From Klebsormidium nitens (taxonomy: Eukaryota > Plantae > Klebsormidiophyceae), in assembly GCA_000708835.1 (NCBI GenBank), contig DF237281.1, positions 1 through 64,000 on the forward strand: 64,000 bases of DNA, in the 5' to 3' direction. The position numbers and the translations under genes are program-made. The notes under the pieces were generated by a model. That model had not been told where the DNA came from, ran no database searches, and saw only the letters and a program-made list of their open reading frames with translations. Below, piece after piece: positions 11,001 through 22,296 of the stretch (position 1 is its first letter; each line of letters starts with the position of its first letter).

Positions 11001-13165
11001 TTATTTTCGCTTTCAAGGATAAGTACTTGGATCATGAGGATACGAGGGGAAGCAGCTGTAGCTATCAAAGCTTTTTAACACAACTCTCAGAACATCATGC
11101 TTAGTCAATCCTTTGAGCACACGGTGTGCAAACTTACTCTTTGTAGATTACGTTCATGAGGCAGTTGTTGAGGTTGCTAGACTTTCCATTTGTGTCCTTA
11201 GGAATCTTTTTCCGGCCACTGACATACTCCACGTCCCTGCCCTCAGCCGCCAGCTGCTCAATAAACACCTTTTTGGGCTCCTCATTGCCTGCGCAAACAA
11301 CCAAATGCCTCTTAGAACTCGCGAAGCTGACTACACAAAGAGCGACGCTTGATGAGAACCAAATCAAATTAGAAACTGCTAGGCAGTTGCTCTGGCTGCC
11401 ATTCTGCCTAAGCTAGATAAATTCTTTAGTAGGGTGTCAGTATATCACTGAAGCAGTAACAAACAGGCATAGACAAGACCATAAAGCATGGAAACCTGGG
11501 TCTTTGATAGGCTTACCATCATCGCAAAGATACACGGTCCTCTTTGCCCCCATTGGGAGATCAGCGTTTAGGGCCCCCATCACCGTTGGCTTTATGACGC
11601 TCATATCCTCCTTGTAACAGGGAATTAGAACCCGCACATGGAAACTGCAAGGTGACCAAACTGCTCATGAGCCTCCTACCATCTGCAGTACGTGCACAAG
11701 TGCCACCAGGAAATTGCTCACAAATACTGCCTGTCATCATTCAGGTTGCTCTTACTTCATCTTGCATTGCCACCGACATGTCGCTTGGGAAGGTTTTCGC
11801 ACGAACGTGGTACAATGATCGTATGGATATAGCAGCTCACTTGAAACGCTCGGTTGAATTCAGCCCTTCCTCCTCAGCTGGTAGCCCAGTGGCACTCCCT
11901 TTGGGAACAAGGCTGATGGTGAGGAGAATGGCATAGGGCAGAGTGGCAGAGAGCCCTAGGAACTCAACCACAAGAACCACGATTCCATACCTGTTGGAAA
12001 GAAAGGGCTCGTTTGACCACACCAAGTATGTGGGGTTGATGTTCAATCCCTGTCTACCATTTTGAGTTTTAGGGTTTAGATCACTCCTTTGCAGAAAGAA
12101 GCGACGTCTGAAAGATTCTAGCTCTTGACCTCGTTACTTTCTCGTGTACATTGCTGCAGCTGCATACAGAAGGCCACCTTGCAATCTTGCCCTTTCAAGA
12201 GAGAGTGGGGACATGTGTGGTTGGAGAGAGATTTTGCTGCCAAAAACTAGAGTTCAAACTTACGCAAAGACTGGGCCAGTCACGAGTGTCTTCGTGATGC
12301 GGACGTAAAAGTAGAAGGCGGCGGCACAGAGGTAGAAGATCAGGAGTAAAACTGGCACAAAGTTGACCTTGATGTGCAGTGGTGTCCTGACTGGCATCTT
12401 GTACTGCAATCAGCAAGCACAAAGTCTTTGAGGAGACAGGAGAGATGAACAAAGCCTTCAGGAACGAAGTGGAAAACACTCCTGCGAAGCAAATGGTAGG
12501 AAGCAGGTATTGCAACATGGAGCTTGGGACATTCTTAATCAGTAACAGAGCGCGGCATCCTGCATTATGCAGACAATTATCCAAATCCAGGTTTCACTTT
12601 CGTGTTAGGCAGTCTCGACATCAGAATGGACTGAAAGTGCAGTGCAATGCACACCTGCGAGAGGTACTCGGCAACAGCCTCTGGAGAAGCATTGGGGACC
12701 ATAGGCCTTGTAGGCCTTTCCTCCTCTTCATCGATCTCAGAGGTAGGACCATCGAAGGGTACTGCCGGCCTGTGAGGACCACAAAGTGACAAGACATCAG
12801 CGATGTCGGGAAAGGCTTACTTCAGCAAAGTACAGATGGGGCACTCTGTGCAGCTTGGAAACTGCACGGCTCGAAGGACCAGACAATAATCATATGCGCA
12901 GGCTTTTGTGTCTAGAGGCCTCACAAGGTAGCAGAACACTGGTAAGTGAAGCAACTCCTCATGTTACTGATTTTGTTCAGCACATTGCAGTCTTCTTGAA
13001 AGTAGTGGCGGCAGATCTGCTGGTTCGAAGGAGAGCCATATGACTCTGGGAAAAGGACCCGTTTCCATACCTTCCAAACCGGACATGGGGTCCATTTCCC
13101 CGAGGGGCATTCCTGCCATTCCTCTGGTTCATGAGCTCCAAATCCATCGCGTTCTGGCCTCGCAT
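2060..13165 (-). CDS. Bacterial-type GT2 processive beta-glucan (cellulose synthase-like) synthase fused to a C-terminal GH9-like domain; 20 exons, ~1750 aa
   Basis: Hand-built exons, all GT-AG and phase-compatible: 13165-13071, 12769-12655, 12403-12264, 11990-11841, 11644-11517, 11288-11138, 10973-10814, 10637-10473, 10230-10075, 9787-9404, 9123-8632, 8285-7980, 7721-7446, 7001-6459, 6114-5814, 5523-5320, 4929-4505, 4111-3902, 3360-3050, 2600-2060 (5253 nt, single stop TAG at 2062-2060). GT2 motifs: IPCYKE, LCDDG, GKSSNLN, FDAD, SPQAFHN, TED, QRSRW, FKVTEK. GH9 motifs: DVTGGW...VKYGMP, VGD, DLLAESAAALA, DDLSWAGVALFLATG, QMRYMMGDN, SYVVGFG, GALVAGP. Confidence 0.88.
2913..2948. repeat. Short intronic tandem repeat, 13-bp unit x ~2.8
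   Basis: cactgccatacga cactgccatacga cactgccata, inside the last intron of the fusion gene. Confidence 0.8.
4830..6625 (-). repeat. Four tandem ~63-aa six-cysteine protein repeats inserted in the GH9-like domain
   Basis: Spliced repeats: CWVPDFPLATC..C..YTRRSSCC..C, CFVPQLQTRDC..C..FPTPESCC..C, CFVPNTVSRSC..C..FDSALTCC..C, CWVADLAGKRC..C..FDDKAACC..C. Spacing C-x9-C and [FY]-x5-CC-x17/18-C is conserved. Confidence 0.85.
9404..12403 (-). other. GT2 synthase core of the fusion gene (TM1-2, catalytic domain, TM3-4, gating loop)
   Basis: Canonical D,D,D,QxxRW signature (DDG at ~11520, DAD at ~10900, TED at ~10215, QRSRW at ~10100) and an FxVTxK gating-loop motif at ~9410-9425. The layout is compact and BcsA-like, with no plant CESA RING finger or P-CR/CSR inserts visible. 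Confidence 0.92.
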
Positions 13166-13959
13166 TGCTAGCGGCCAGATCTGAGTACACTTTTGGGGTG
13201 TTGTAAAGCAGGCTGGAGGGAAAATGGCAATGTAAGGTTGTGCAGGAGAAGGTTTCAAAAGTCAGTAGGATAAAGTGCGAAAATGGGTAATAATACATGA
13301 TTGAAAGCAATGAGCCCAGACGGTTGATGCATTTGAGTACAGCTCAGGCTTCAGAAACGTAGTCTCATCTCTCATTTGACTTTCAGGATGCTTGCTAACT
13401 TATCAGTCAAGTTGTGGCGCAGTCTGTAACACACAAATCATGAGCACCTGGATATTACTCCAGCCGAGCGGCTCATTACTAAAGGACCTCAAGAAGAGCG
13501 GTCAAATGGCTCACCGTTGTTTTACTCCATCAATGCGACTCGCCTAATCAAGAAGCCTTGACAGCCACTATCCTCTTAAGCAGAGCTGAGGGAGTGCTCA
13601 GACAAAGATGACAACCCTGAGGCGCTAAACCCCTTCAACCTACTTCTCGACGCCTCAACTGACTCCCGCCTATCTCAGACTCCTCTTCAGCATTCGGCAG
13701 CACTGGCAGGCTGCATCTACATGGATTATCTCGATTCTCAACACTCCTTCAATGGCTAGATTGTTGCTTTTGCGACACCGGAATGCCAAGAAAACAAAGC
13801 TTTTTCTCCCTTCTGTCAAATTGAATCTCAAGAGGCAGGGTGGACTTTGCACTGGACTCAGAAGCTGAGAAATTGACCCGACTTTTTCCACAATGCAGCT
13901 GCTGAAGACTCCTCAGAAGAGCTCAGCTACGGTAGAGCTCCCTGCAGGCAGCAGTGCCA

Positions 13960-14973
13960 GTACCTAATACGGTACCTAGCTAGGTAGTACCCCTGACTTC
14001 TACTACTAGTCCTGATTGAATAGGTATGACCTCACGCAAATGTGATCACGACGCACCTCTTCCCAGGCGGCGCTCTTCCTGGAAGCGTGCGGTATCTAGC
14101 CGGGGCCACCAATCAAAGCTCTGGCTCGGTCCACGTGGATACCGGGTTGGTACCGGCACCGAGAAATCTGCATGTCTGTAAAGGTACCTAGGTATAGGTA
14201 CCTAATATTATATAAAGGTAGGTACTAGGTACGCAGTGCGCACTACGCAGTCAAATCGTGCGGTACGGTAACAGCGGTACCCATCCCCGACCGAGGGCCC
14301 GCCGACCCGAGGGACGGTGTACCGCCGGCGCAAAACCTTACCGACCAATCATTTCTTCCAGACTCCGCAGAGTTGATCCAGATTAGGTAACCAGGCCCGA
14401 CTCCCGAGTCCCGACTAGGTAGGTACCGGTATCATCGGCGACTCCCTCCAGCAGGCTGGCCAGAATCTTCGCGAGCCTGTCCCGTGTCCCGAGTCCCGAC
14501 TCCCTCTGTCATGTCGCAAGCGATCGGGACATTTCGAGGACATTTCCTCGGGGGATTGCTACAAACAAACACACTTCGATTCTACTCATTGGACGGTCAA
14601 CGTCAACCACCTTGACTTTGAGAACGATCTTGCAGCGCAGTTTCCTGGCCAATGAAATTCAATTGTAGTAATTGAGCGGGATCTACGGTACCATGCGTAG
14701 TCCTAGGTACGGTGTACCGCGTACCGTATTTGTGTGCACTGTGCTGCCATCTGGCCCGGTCAACCTCAGTGATGGATCATGACGTATGGAAGTTTCAGTT
14801 CCGTACGGATTCGAGGTCTCAGCTTCAGGTACCGTAGCCTGTAGACCGAGTACATACTACTACATGATACCGGGTACTAGGAATCTGGAGCCGAAGTTCG
14901 AACATTAGGTAGCTAGGTCAGTAGAGGTAGAGGCAGTCCATTCCATTCTTCCATGGCTTTTCTGGTCAGGTAC
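13960..14973. promoter_or_regulatory. GTAC-dense intergenic region upstream of the GT2-GH9 gene (possible SBP/SPL-binding CuRE-type elements), with a TATA-like tract at ~14205-14216
   Basis: I counted 21 GTAC 4-mers in ~1.0 kb, against about 4 expected from base composition. The function is inferred only. Confidence 0.4.
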
Positions 14974-15464
14974 CCTCTGGAGCAAAAAGGTCAAAGCACT
15001 GCCCTTGGAAAGTAATCAGGGGCCGTGGCAAACAATTTGTTTGCACTCCCAAGACTCGCATGTAATAAGCGGCACAATTTTCCCATTTTCATGAGCTGCC
15101 GCGCTATGTATCGACCGCCGCATGGCAATTTAGCCTAGCAAATGGATGGCTCAAATCCCTTCTGGAAACACAGTCCCAGCCTGCAGGCTAAGGGCTAATC
15201 CGTGCAGTTTAGGTAATGAGCATGAATTGCACGCGGCTGGCATGAGCATACATGAACATGCAGTTCTAATGTGTAAGCACCTATGCTGATTGCAATTCAA
15301 TCATCCGAGGCCCAGAAAACCAGTTGGAATGAAGAGCTCGATCGAAAGCACTGCATTTCCGGACTTTCAAGACTTGTTGACCATAGAGGTGAGTGCAATG
15401 GGGCGGTCGGCCAATTTTTGGCTGAACAAAAGCTTGCCGGTTAGACCTCAGCTTTCCAGGCGCC

Positions 15465-18400
15465 TCAAAATTTCGATTCCAATCCCAGCTCTTTCAACAA
15501 GCGCCGCCACCTAGGTGGTTCCTCGTCGAAAATATAAACAAGTGGGGAGACAAGAACGCCGCTCCCTCCAATCTGCAGGAGCACAAAGCTCGAGTCACTG
15601 AACCGCAGCACGACAATGGGGGAAAATATTCCAGCAAGCCATCAGGTATGCAATTCACTTCAAGCGGTTGGATTTGAGTCAAGCCAGCAGGCTTACCGCT
15701 CGCAGTTGTTGTACTGCGTCGTAGAGCCGCGGCTTTGGTACGATAATTGTGATCGCATAAAAGTTGTGGACGGCCTTGCCGCTGGCGGAGTCGTACGTGT
15801 ACACAGGGCTAATTGTCGGGCCCTGCACCACACGTGGGCCTAGCTCAAGAACGACCGGTATGATCAAAGAGCTCGATGCGAGTTTCCAATAATTGGTAGC
15901 TACATTCGATTTTGAGCGTCGCCGAAACAACATTGAAAGGGGCCTTTGAATCAATTGTGCTTTAGGATATTCTGCATCTCCCGCTGGACGCTGGTCTAGA
16001 AAGCCCATCATTCGTAAGCACCTGAATCATTTTTGGCCGCCACAAGAGGACATTCCCGGTCCCTGACTCAGAACCCAGCCTTGGTGCCAGCGACTTCGAA
16101 GTGGGCGACGCAAGGCCTCGGGCTTGTGCTAGGCAGCACGAGGAAGATATTTTGTGATGTACGTCCGAAGTGCTGAAGGTATATTGAAGACCGGGAGGCT
16201 TTCCCAAGTATTCCGCAGGGTCAATAAGCACCCTCAATGCAACCGGAATGACGAGAACGTCTCGACAAAAGACAGATCGAGTACACAAGAAGAGAAGCAG
16301 TGGCGGCGAATGCCTTTCACCTGAAGGCCCGGGAAGTCGGTGTGTTGGTGGATCTTCGAAGCGACGTCTTCCTCCGACTCTGCTCGAATGTTTGCGACGA
16401 CCTTGGCGAGCAGAAAGCAGATCGTCAGACCGGCGGCTATGCCGTGGCTTGAGGAACGGCTGCTCAGTGAATAAATCTTCTCGGATGAAACTGAAAGGCC
16501 ACACAACTAGCAAGGACATGTGGGCCTGTTCTCGACTCGGCAACTTCAGCAGATCGACAGAAGCAGATTCTGCAGAGACCCTGCCGACGAGTCTGCCGAC
16601 AGCGTGGGCTTCTCTGCCGTATTCTCACTGGAAGTGAAAACCTCTTGCGTTTTGCAGGTTTCCAGATAGCATCTGGACCCTCAACGTGAGCCGTAGCTCG
16701 TTTGCGCATGACCAGATTATTAAAGAGACAACAGCTGGCGGGCAACGGACGTCCGGCGCTCACCGAAAACTTGTCAGACGCCCGCAGGTGTGCTTCGAGC
16801 CTCTCGAGAATGTCTTTGACCGCCTGGATGACTCCGTCCCGCTCCATTAGAGATCGCCGGTTGGCCACGAGAACCCCCTATTGATTCACCAAGAAAAGAG
16901 TGTAAGTGCATAACTCGGTGTCTTTCATACATTCTTTGGAAGCTAGTAAAAGCCTGTGTGGAGGAATGCACCCACGTCCAACGCTTCACCTCAAGAAAGG
17001 GAATTCGTTCGTTGACAAAATGGGAACACGCAACAGCTCTCCGTGCAGGAACAAAAAAAGAGCGAATGACCCATCACAAGCTACCTTCAAACGGAAAACA
17101 TCCGAGAAAAGAGGAAGGAGGGAATGGAAAGTCTCCGACGAGCTTCCTTCGCCAATCACGAAGATTCTCAGACGAGGTGTGACGTCAGTTGTAGATGATT
17201 TGTATGAAAGACGTCCAAGCGCTGCACCTCGAGGGCAGCGAGCGTCTGCCGATTGTGCATCGCAGTGTTGGACGAGTGCAGGGAGAGGGATACGAAAACG
17301 TCTGAGAAAGTTCAGCAAAAGCACATTTCGGCTCCAAGCCCCTTAAAGCTTTTGGTACCCGCTCACGCCCTGCGAGTCGCTTGAGCCTCGTGAAAGAACG
17401 TAGTCCATACTGGCAGCTACTTGCCAGCGAAAGCGACGTCACAGTAGCGGGTCAGAACGCAGAGGAGTTCCGTGCATCTGACCGCCCCTTCCAGACTGCA
17501 AACCAGACGCAACTATAGCAATCCGTTGTTGCGAATCGCAGCAATCGCCTTGTTCACGTTGTTCGCCGGGTCTCACCTCGCTCGCCAGCACCTTGCCGCC
17601 GACCAGCTCGCGCAGGTTGTTCTCCCGCAGCGTGGTCCCGCTGCTCACCAGATCCAAAATCACGTCCGCCGTCCCCATCTGCGAGCGTCAGAAGACAAAT
17701 AGAGGCTTAAGCGCATTTTCCCCATGCAGTCTCTTACTTCGGACCTTCTCTGATCAGTCAGTGTGGGCTCTTCCTTGTAGTGACGAATGGCTATTTGGAC
17801 CCTGTTGATCGGGAAGAGGTTGGGCGCAAACAGTTTCCTGAACCGCAGGATCCAATCAGCCGTTGTCCTTCGTTTGCGCACATTAAAACTGCAAAGACGC
17901 AAGTGCGAATTCCTAGCGCCAGCAAAAACAGCCTGTTAGGTGCACGGTGCTCAACAATCTGGTAGGACTGAAACTCACCGCCGGTGCTGCTTCGAGCGCC
18001 CCGTCCGCCGTCAAGATCGCAAAGTGCTTGAAGCCCTTTTCACTCAGAAACTTTTGCCCGAGCTGCAAGGAACGATAGACAGCTCGTCAATTCGCCGACT
18101 TTCCGCCATCCAGCCAGGATGCCCTAACAAGCACGAGCCTTTTCTTTCTTGGACGAGGAACATTGCTTAGGATGCAATTATGAAGAGCGAATCGTGCTGC
18201 TCTGATGAGAACAACCTGGGAACAAACTGTATGTCAGGCCGCGCAAGCCCTTTCCTGTCAGTGACGTTAAGGACTCTCGAGACAAACCACCAGCATAAGT
18301 CTACCAAACAATCCGTTCCTGGTGCTTCACCTAGACATTTCCTCCCCATGCCCATAGATCTCCGTTTCAGATTACTTTTCAGCAACCAGCTTCATCGTAT

Positions 18401-21128
18401 CAGGCGCAAACCCTCGAACTCTGGCATAGGCCTCGCTGCAAGTGAGCAGGAGATGGGAGATTCCTGGAGAAGTTGGCGGATCGAAGAACAATCGTGAAAG
18501 GGAGGAAGCAAGCTTACATAGTTGTACCCAGTGACGACTCTCAGCGGGTTTTCTTCCGTCCATTGCGGCATCGCCGCAAGTTCTTCTAGGCTGTGGACTC
18601 CGCCGAACTCGCCGTAAGTTGGGACCTGGGGCCAGGAGCATACAAACGTGTCATTGCTTCCGCTGGATTTCACGGACCGAAAAAGGCTTAGGGGACTCGG
18701 ATGGTAATATGAATATCTATGTCGCATTGTTCAACAGGCTGCCCAGTCAATTGAATCCATACGAGAGGCAAGTTGAGGCAAATCAAGAAACAGACCCGGA
18801 GACACAAAAGTAGTTCGAGCTCCGCCGATGATGTTCAGGAAAAATGTTCACGAAAAGGTCTCGTCTTGGATATCTACTTCTCCAGTATCTGCCTGAAACC
18901 TCCTATGCATCAAGCAAAGACCAACACTTTGTCCATCTCGTCAGCAGCTCAAAGATGTAGACCTTCTGGCTACAGGCAGCCAATAAGCTCGTCAAGACAT
19001 ACCGCGACAGCCAAGTGACACCCGCCGAACCCAAGAGCATCGTGGATGACAACAAGGTCGTCATCTCCCTGCAGGCGCAGCCAATCCAGAGTTGGATGCA
19101 GAAAACAGAAGACCTTTGAAGATGAGCCACGGAAGTCGAACTGGAGCAATTTTTTTAAATATTGCTACGATCGGTCTTACGATGTGGGGGACGACCATTG
19201 ACCAGTGTGAGCTACCCGTCGACATCAGGAAATGTTCTTCGCTCGCACACGGATGCTCTCCTTGATAGCCCTCAAGAGACACCAGAGTCACCCGTGGGTT
19301 TGGCTTGGCTATGGACCTGCTGACCACGCAAAAGGTCTGTAGGGCGGAAAAAAGGTTCATCGTGCCATGTTCACAATCTAGACTGCTCATCCAAAGCCAG
19401 CGCTTTCTTCAGAGCGCTTTATTACTGTCGGACTGGGCAGCCCGTGTAAAGGCAGGGCCCAGCCGTCGGACTAATATTGCATCAGTTCTGCTTCAAGACC
19501 ATGTCTGCAACTCGCAGCTTCTCCCCAGAAGACGAGTTGCCTCCTCACCTCGCCATACTCCGAAACCATGTCGTATCCGACGATGCCAATGTCCACGTCA
19601 CCGGACTTGATCTTCCTCACCACGTCAGACGCCCGCTGGAACCAAACCTCCACATGCTCCAGCTGCGGCAGACCAATCATCCTTCAATTGTTTGCAGCAA
19701 TCCTACTTCAGCAATCTGAATTGTTGCATCAATCTTCAGCCCCGCTCCAATAAAGAAGGGGAGAAACTTTGTGCCAAGTGACAAGTCCTGGTCCTGTCGT
19801 TTGCTAGCTTACGGCTGATGGCTTTTCTGCAGCAAAGAACCGACTTTTCTTTGATAAGTCGCTCACATTTCGTGATGCCGAATAGGTGCAAACAATGAAC
19901 TGGGGTTCTTCTGTCAGAGATACTGATAAACGCAACTTGATTTTACATAAGGTATATGCAAGAACACTCACCTGATCGATGTCGGCAACGTATTGCCGAG
20001 GGTTGACTTTGCGGACTGTGAGTTGACAGTCCTGCATGAAAAGCATCCTAGGTTGTTGGGACAAAGGGCTATTGTTGAAACCTTGCTGTGCACACATGCT
20101 CCACCACAGTTAGTTCAAGAAACGCAGAAGCTCTGCAACCTCACAAACAGCTCAGCCAACGACAGCGCCTTGAGGAAATGCAGGAATCAACTGTGATAAG
20201 CTTTGAAGACGCTTCAACAGTCCTGATCAAGTCTCCTGCCTTTAAATCCTTAGGCATGACCAGGAAGACAAAGGAACAAGTTTAACACACTGAAAGTTTC
20301 TTACATCAAGCAATTGCAATGTCTCCTCTGCCATTCTCCCCTTGCTTGGAAGGGCCAGCCGAATGTTGGTCCTTGGTGCAGTGCGCGGGACTGCGGCTGC
20401 ATGGCATGGCAGTCGCCTTCAGCTTATATCAAAGACGTTGCATCTTAACTTCATGCTACATGTAGACAAGCCCTTGGTTGATCCGGGGCCTGAAATATTT
20501 TGAAGATCGCGGACTGCTTCCTCCAAAGCACTAAGCCAGATTGTCGCGGTCAGATATTTGCAATATTCTAATCTCTGGAGAGGCCTTCAACCCTCCGATG
20601 GCATGGTGGCATTCGGACCAGAGCATTACCAGTTCCTGCGATTACATCGCCCTTCCATTACGGAAATTCTGATCAGAGTCTCAATGGAGCCACATTGCTG
20701 TCCAGAAAATCATGCAGATGTGACCAGCGGCATTTATCTTTGCAAGCAACAACACAGACTGCCTTCTGCATAACTAGTCGGGAGACCAATTTCTACACAA
20801 TTCCCAGCCAATGTCGATGGATCCGTCATTAAGCAATGCGATAAAGCGACCACTTACGTGCTGTCTCCTGAGCCTGCTGCTGACTGATGGTCACTGTGCT
20901 GCATCGCCACACAGGTTGCCGGCCCTTTTGCTTGATCGCCCATTGTTGCCTAGTTGGCAGATCTTTCCTCAGCATCCTATTGCTGCCATCAGCCAAGCGC
21001 TCACATCCTCCCCACGACAAAGCTGGAGGAAACTCTGCGCTGCAGCCAGTATTTCTTGGTATGGCGGCCTCAGGTGCCCAATTCGTTATCCTGACAAACT
21101 GGGTTGAGGACAAGGCAGCCGCAGCCAT
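15465..21128 (-). CDS. hisG: ATP phosphoribosyltransferase (histidine biosynthesis, long form, plastid-targeted), ~12 exons
   Basis: The transit-peptide-like exon 1 (MAAAALSS...) is followed by [103 protein letters not shown] and [21 protein letters not shown]. Stop TGA at 15467-15465. Confidence 0.96.
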
Positions 21129-22296
21129 GCTTCAGCGCCGAAAGGAGATTCGCTGAAGCACTTAGCAGCGACAATGGTGCCGAGTATCTTACTCAAAAAG
21201 CAGCGGCAAAACCAGTTGCCACAAGCTGTTCCTTTTCCCAGCTCACATAATAGTTGCTACCACCAGCTGGTGAGCTCGCTCTCTAACATTGAGAATGTCA
21301 AAACGCTTCTTCTGCAGCAGGAAAGCACTTATGTTTTCCCCATTGGCATTGGCATGGAGCCACCTGTGACCTGGGGCAGCATGTCTCGAGATTCCATTTC
21401 CGCGCGCGCTAGATTCCCTTGGCGGCCGCGGCCTGTAAACTTGTTGAAGGTTCTAGTGCGGCGGCGTGTCCGGGCCGCGCCACATGACACTGACGCGGGG
21501 TCGCGGGCACAGCGCGCAGCTTCGCGAGCCGCACCTCGCGAAGGTGTTCAAGGTGACAAGGCCCACTGGCTTGAAGTTGCAGCCTGTCATGATGACAGGG
21601 AGGGCTCGGCGGCCCAGATGGCCACCGGCCGCGTCAGGTCCGAAATTAAGCCTGGTGTCGATCGTCCGCTCGTCAATTCGGCTTTGTACCATGTTAGGTT
21701 CAAGCATTTGCCCTAGCTATATAGGGTCGATACCAGCGGTCCGTTACCGTTGGTCCGTCGGTCGATACCGTTGGTCCGTTGCGAGCACCCAATCGAAGGC
21801 TTCCCTCCGGTGCCCGGCCATCTTAGTAACAGGACAAACGCGTCATGGCCTGCTTGAAGATCGATGGCCGAAAGGACATCTTCTTGCGAAATAAAGGCCG
21901 ACCTTGATTGCGTCGGATCAAACTTGCATTCAATATGACGCTCATGAGAGACGTAAGTAATTGAATAGATAGCTTGCAGTCAACTTCCGTATGCCACTGG
22001 CTGGCCTTTACATCTGTGAAGGCATTCGACGTTGATTCCTCTTGCAGCACATTTCAACTCTGTATGAACTTGCAAGGGCTTAGCAGACAAAGACCCAAGT
22101 ACGACGACCCCGTACGTGCAACACAAGCAATCTGTGTTTGACTTGTGAGGTAGTGCATCGACCATGTCCGTTACCAACACTACCATAAATTCGGAGGGGA
22201 TCAATGCGAGCTGATCACTTCCTTTTTTGACAGCAGAAGTCCCATCGTGTACATTAAGCACGTCGAAGCAGCATGCTCGCCACGAAGTCACCTCCG

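Noticed and set aside
12821-12846. Possible 25-nt micro-exon in the synthase gene
   Set aside because: Including it shifts the next exon into a frame with a stop and leaves an intron of only ~50 nt.
21600-21660. SRP RNA helix-8-like GTCAGGTCCG(A)AA
   Set aside because: The required AGCAG partner strand and the Alu domain are missing, so the resemblance is likely chance.
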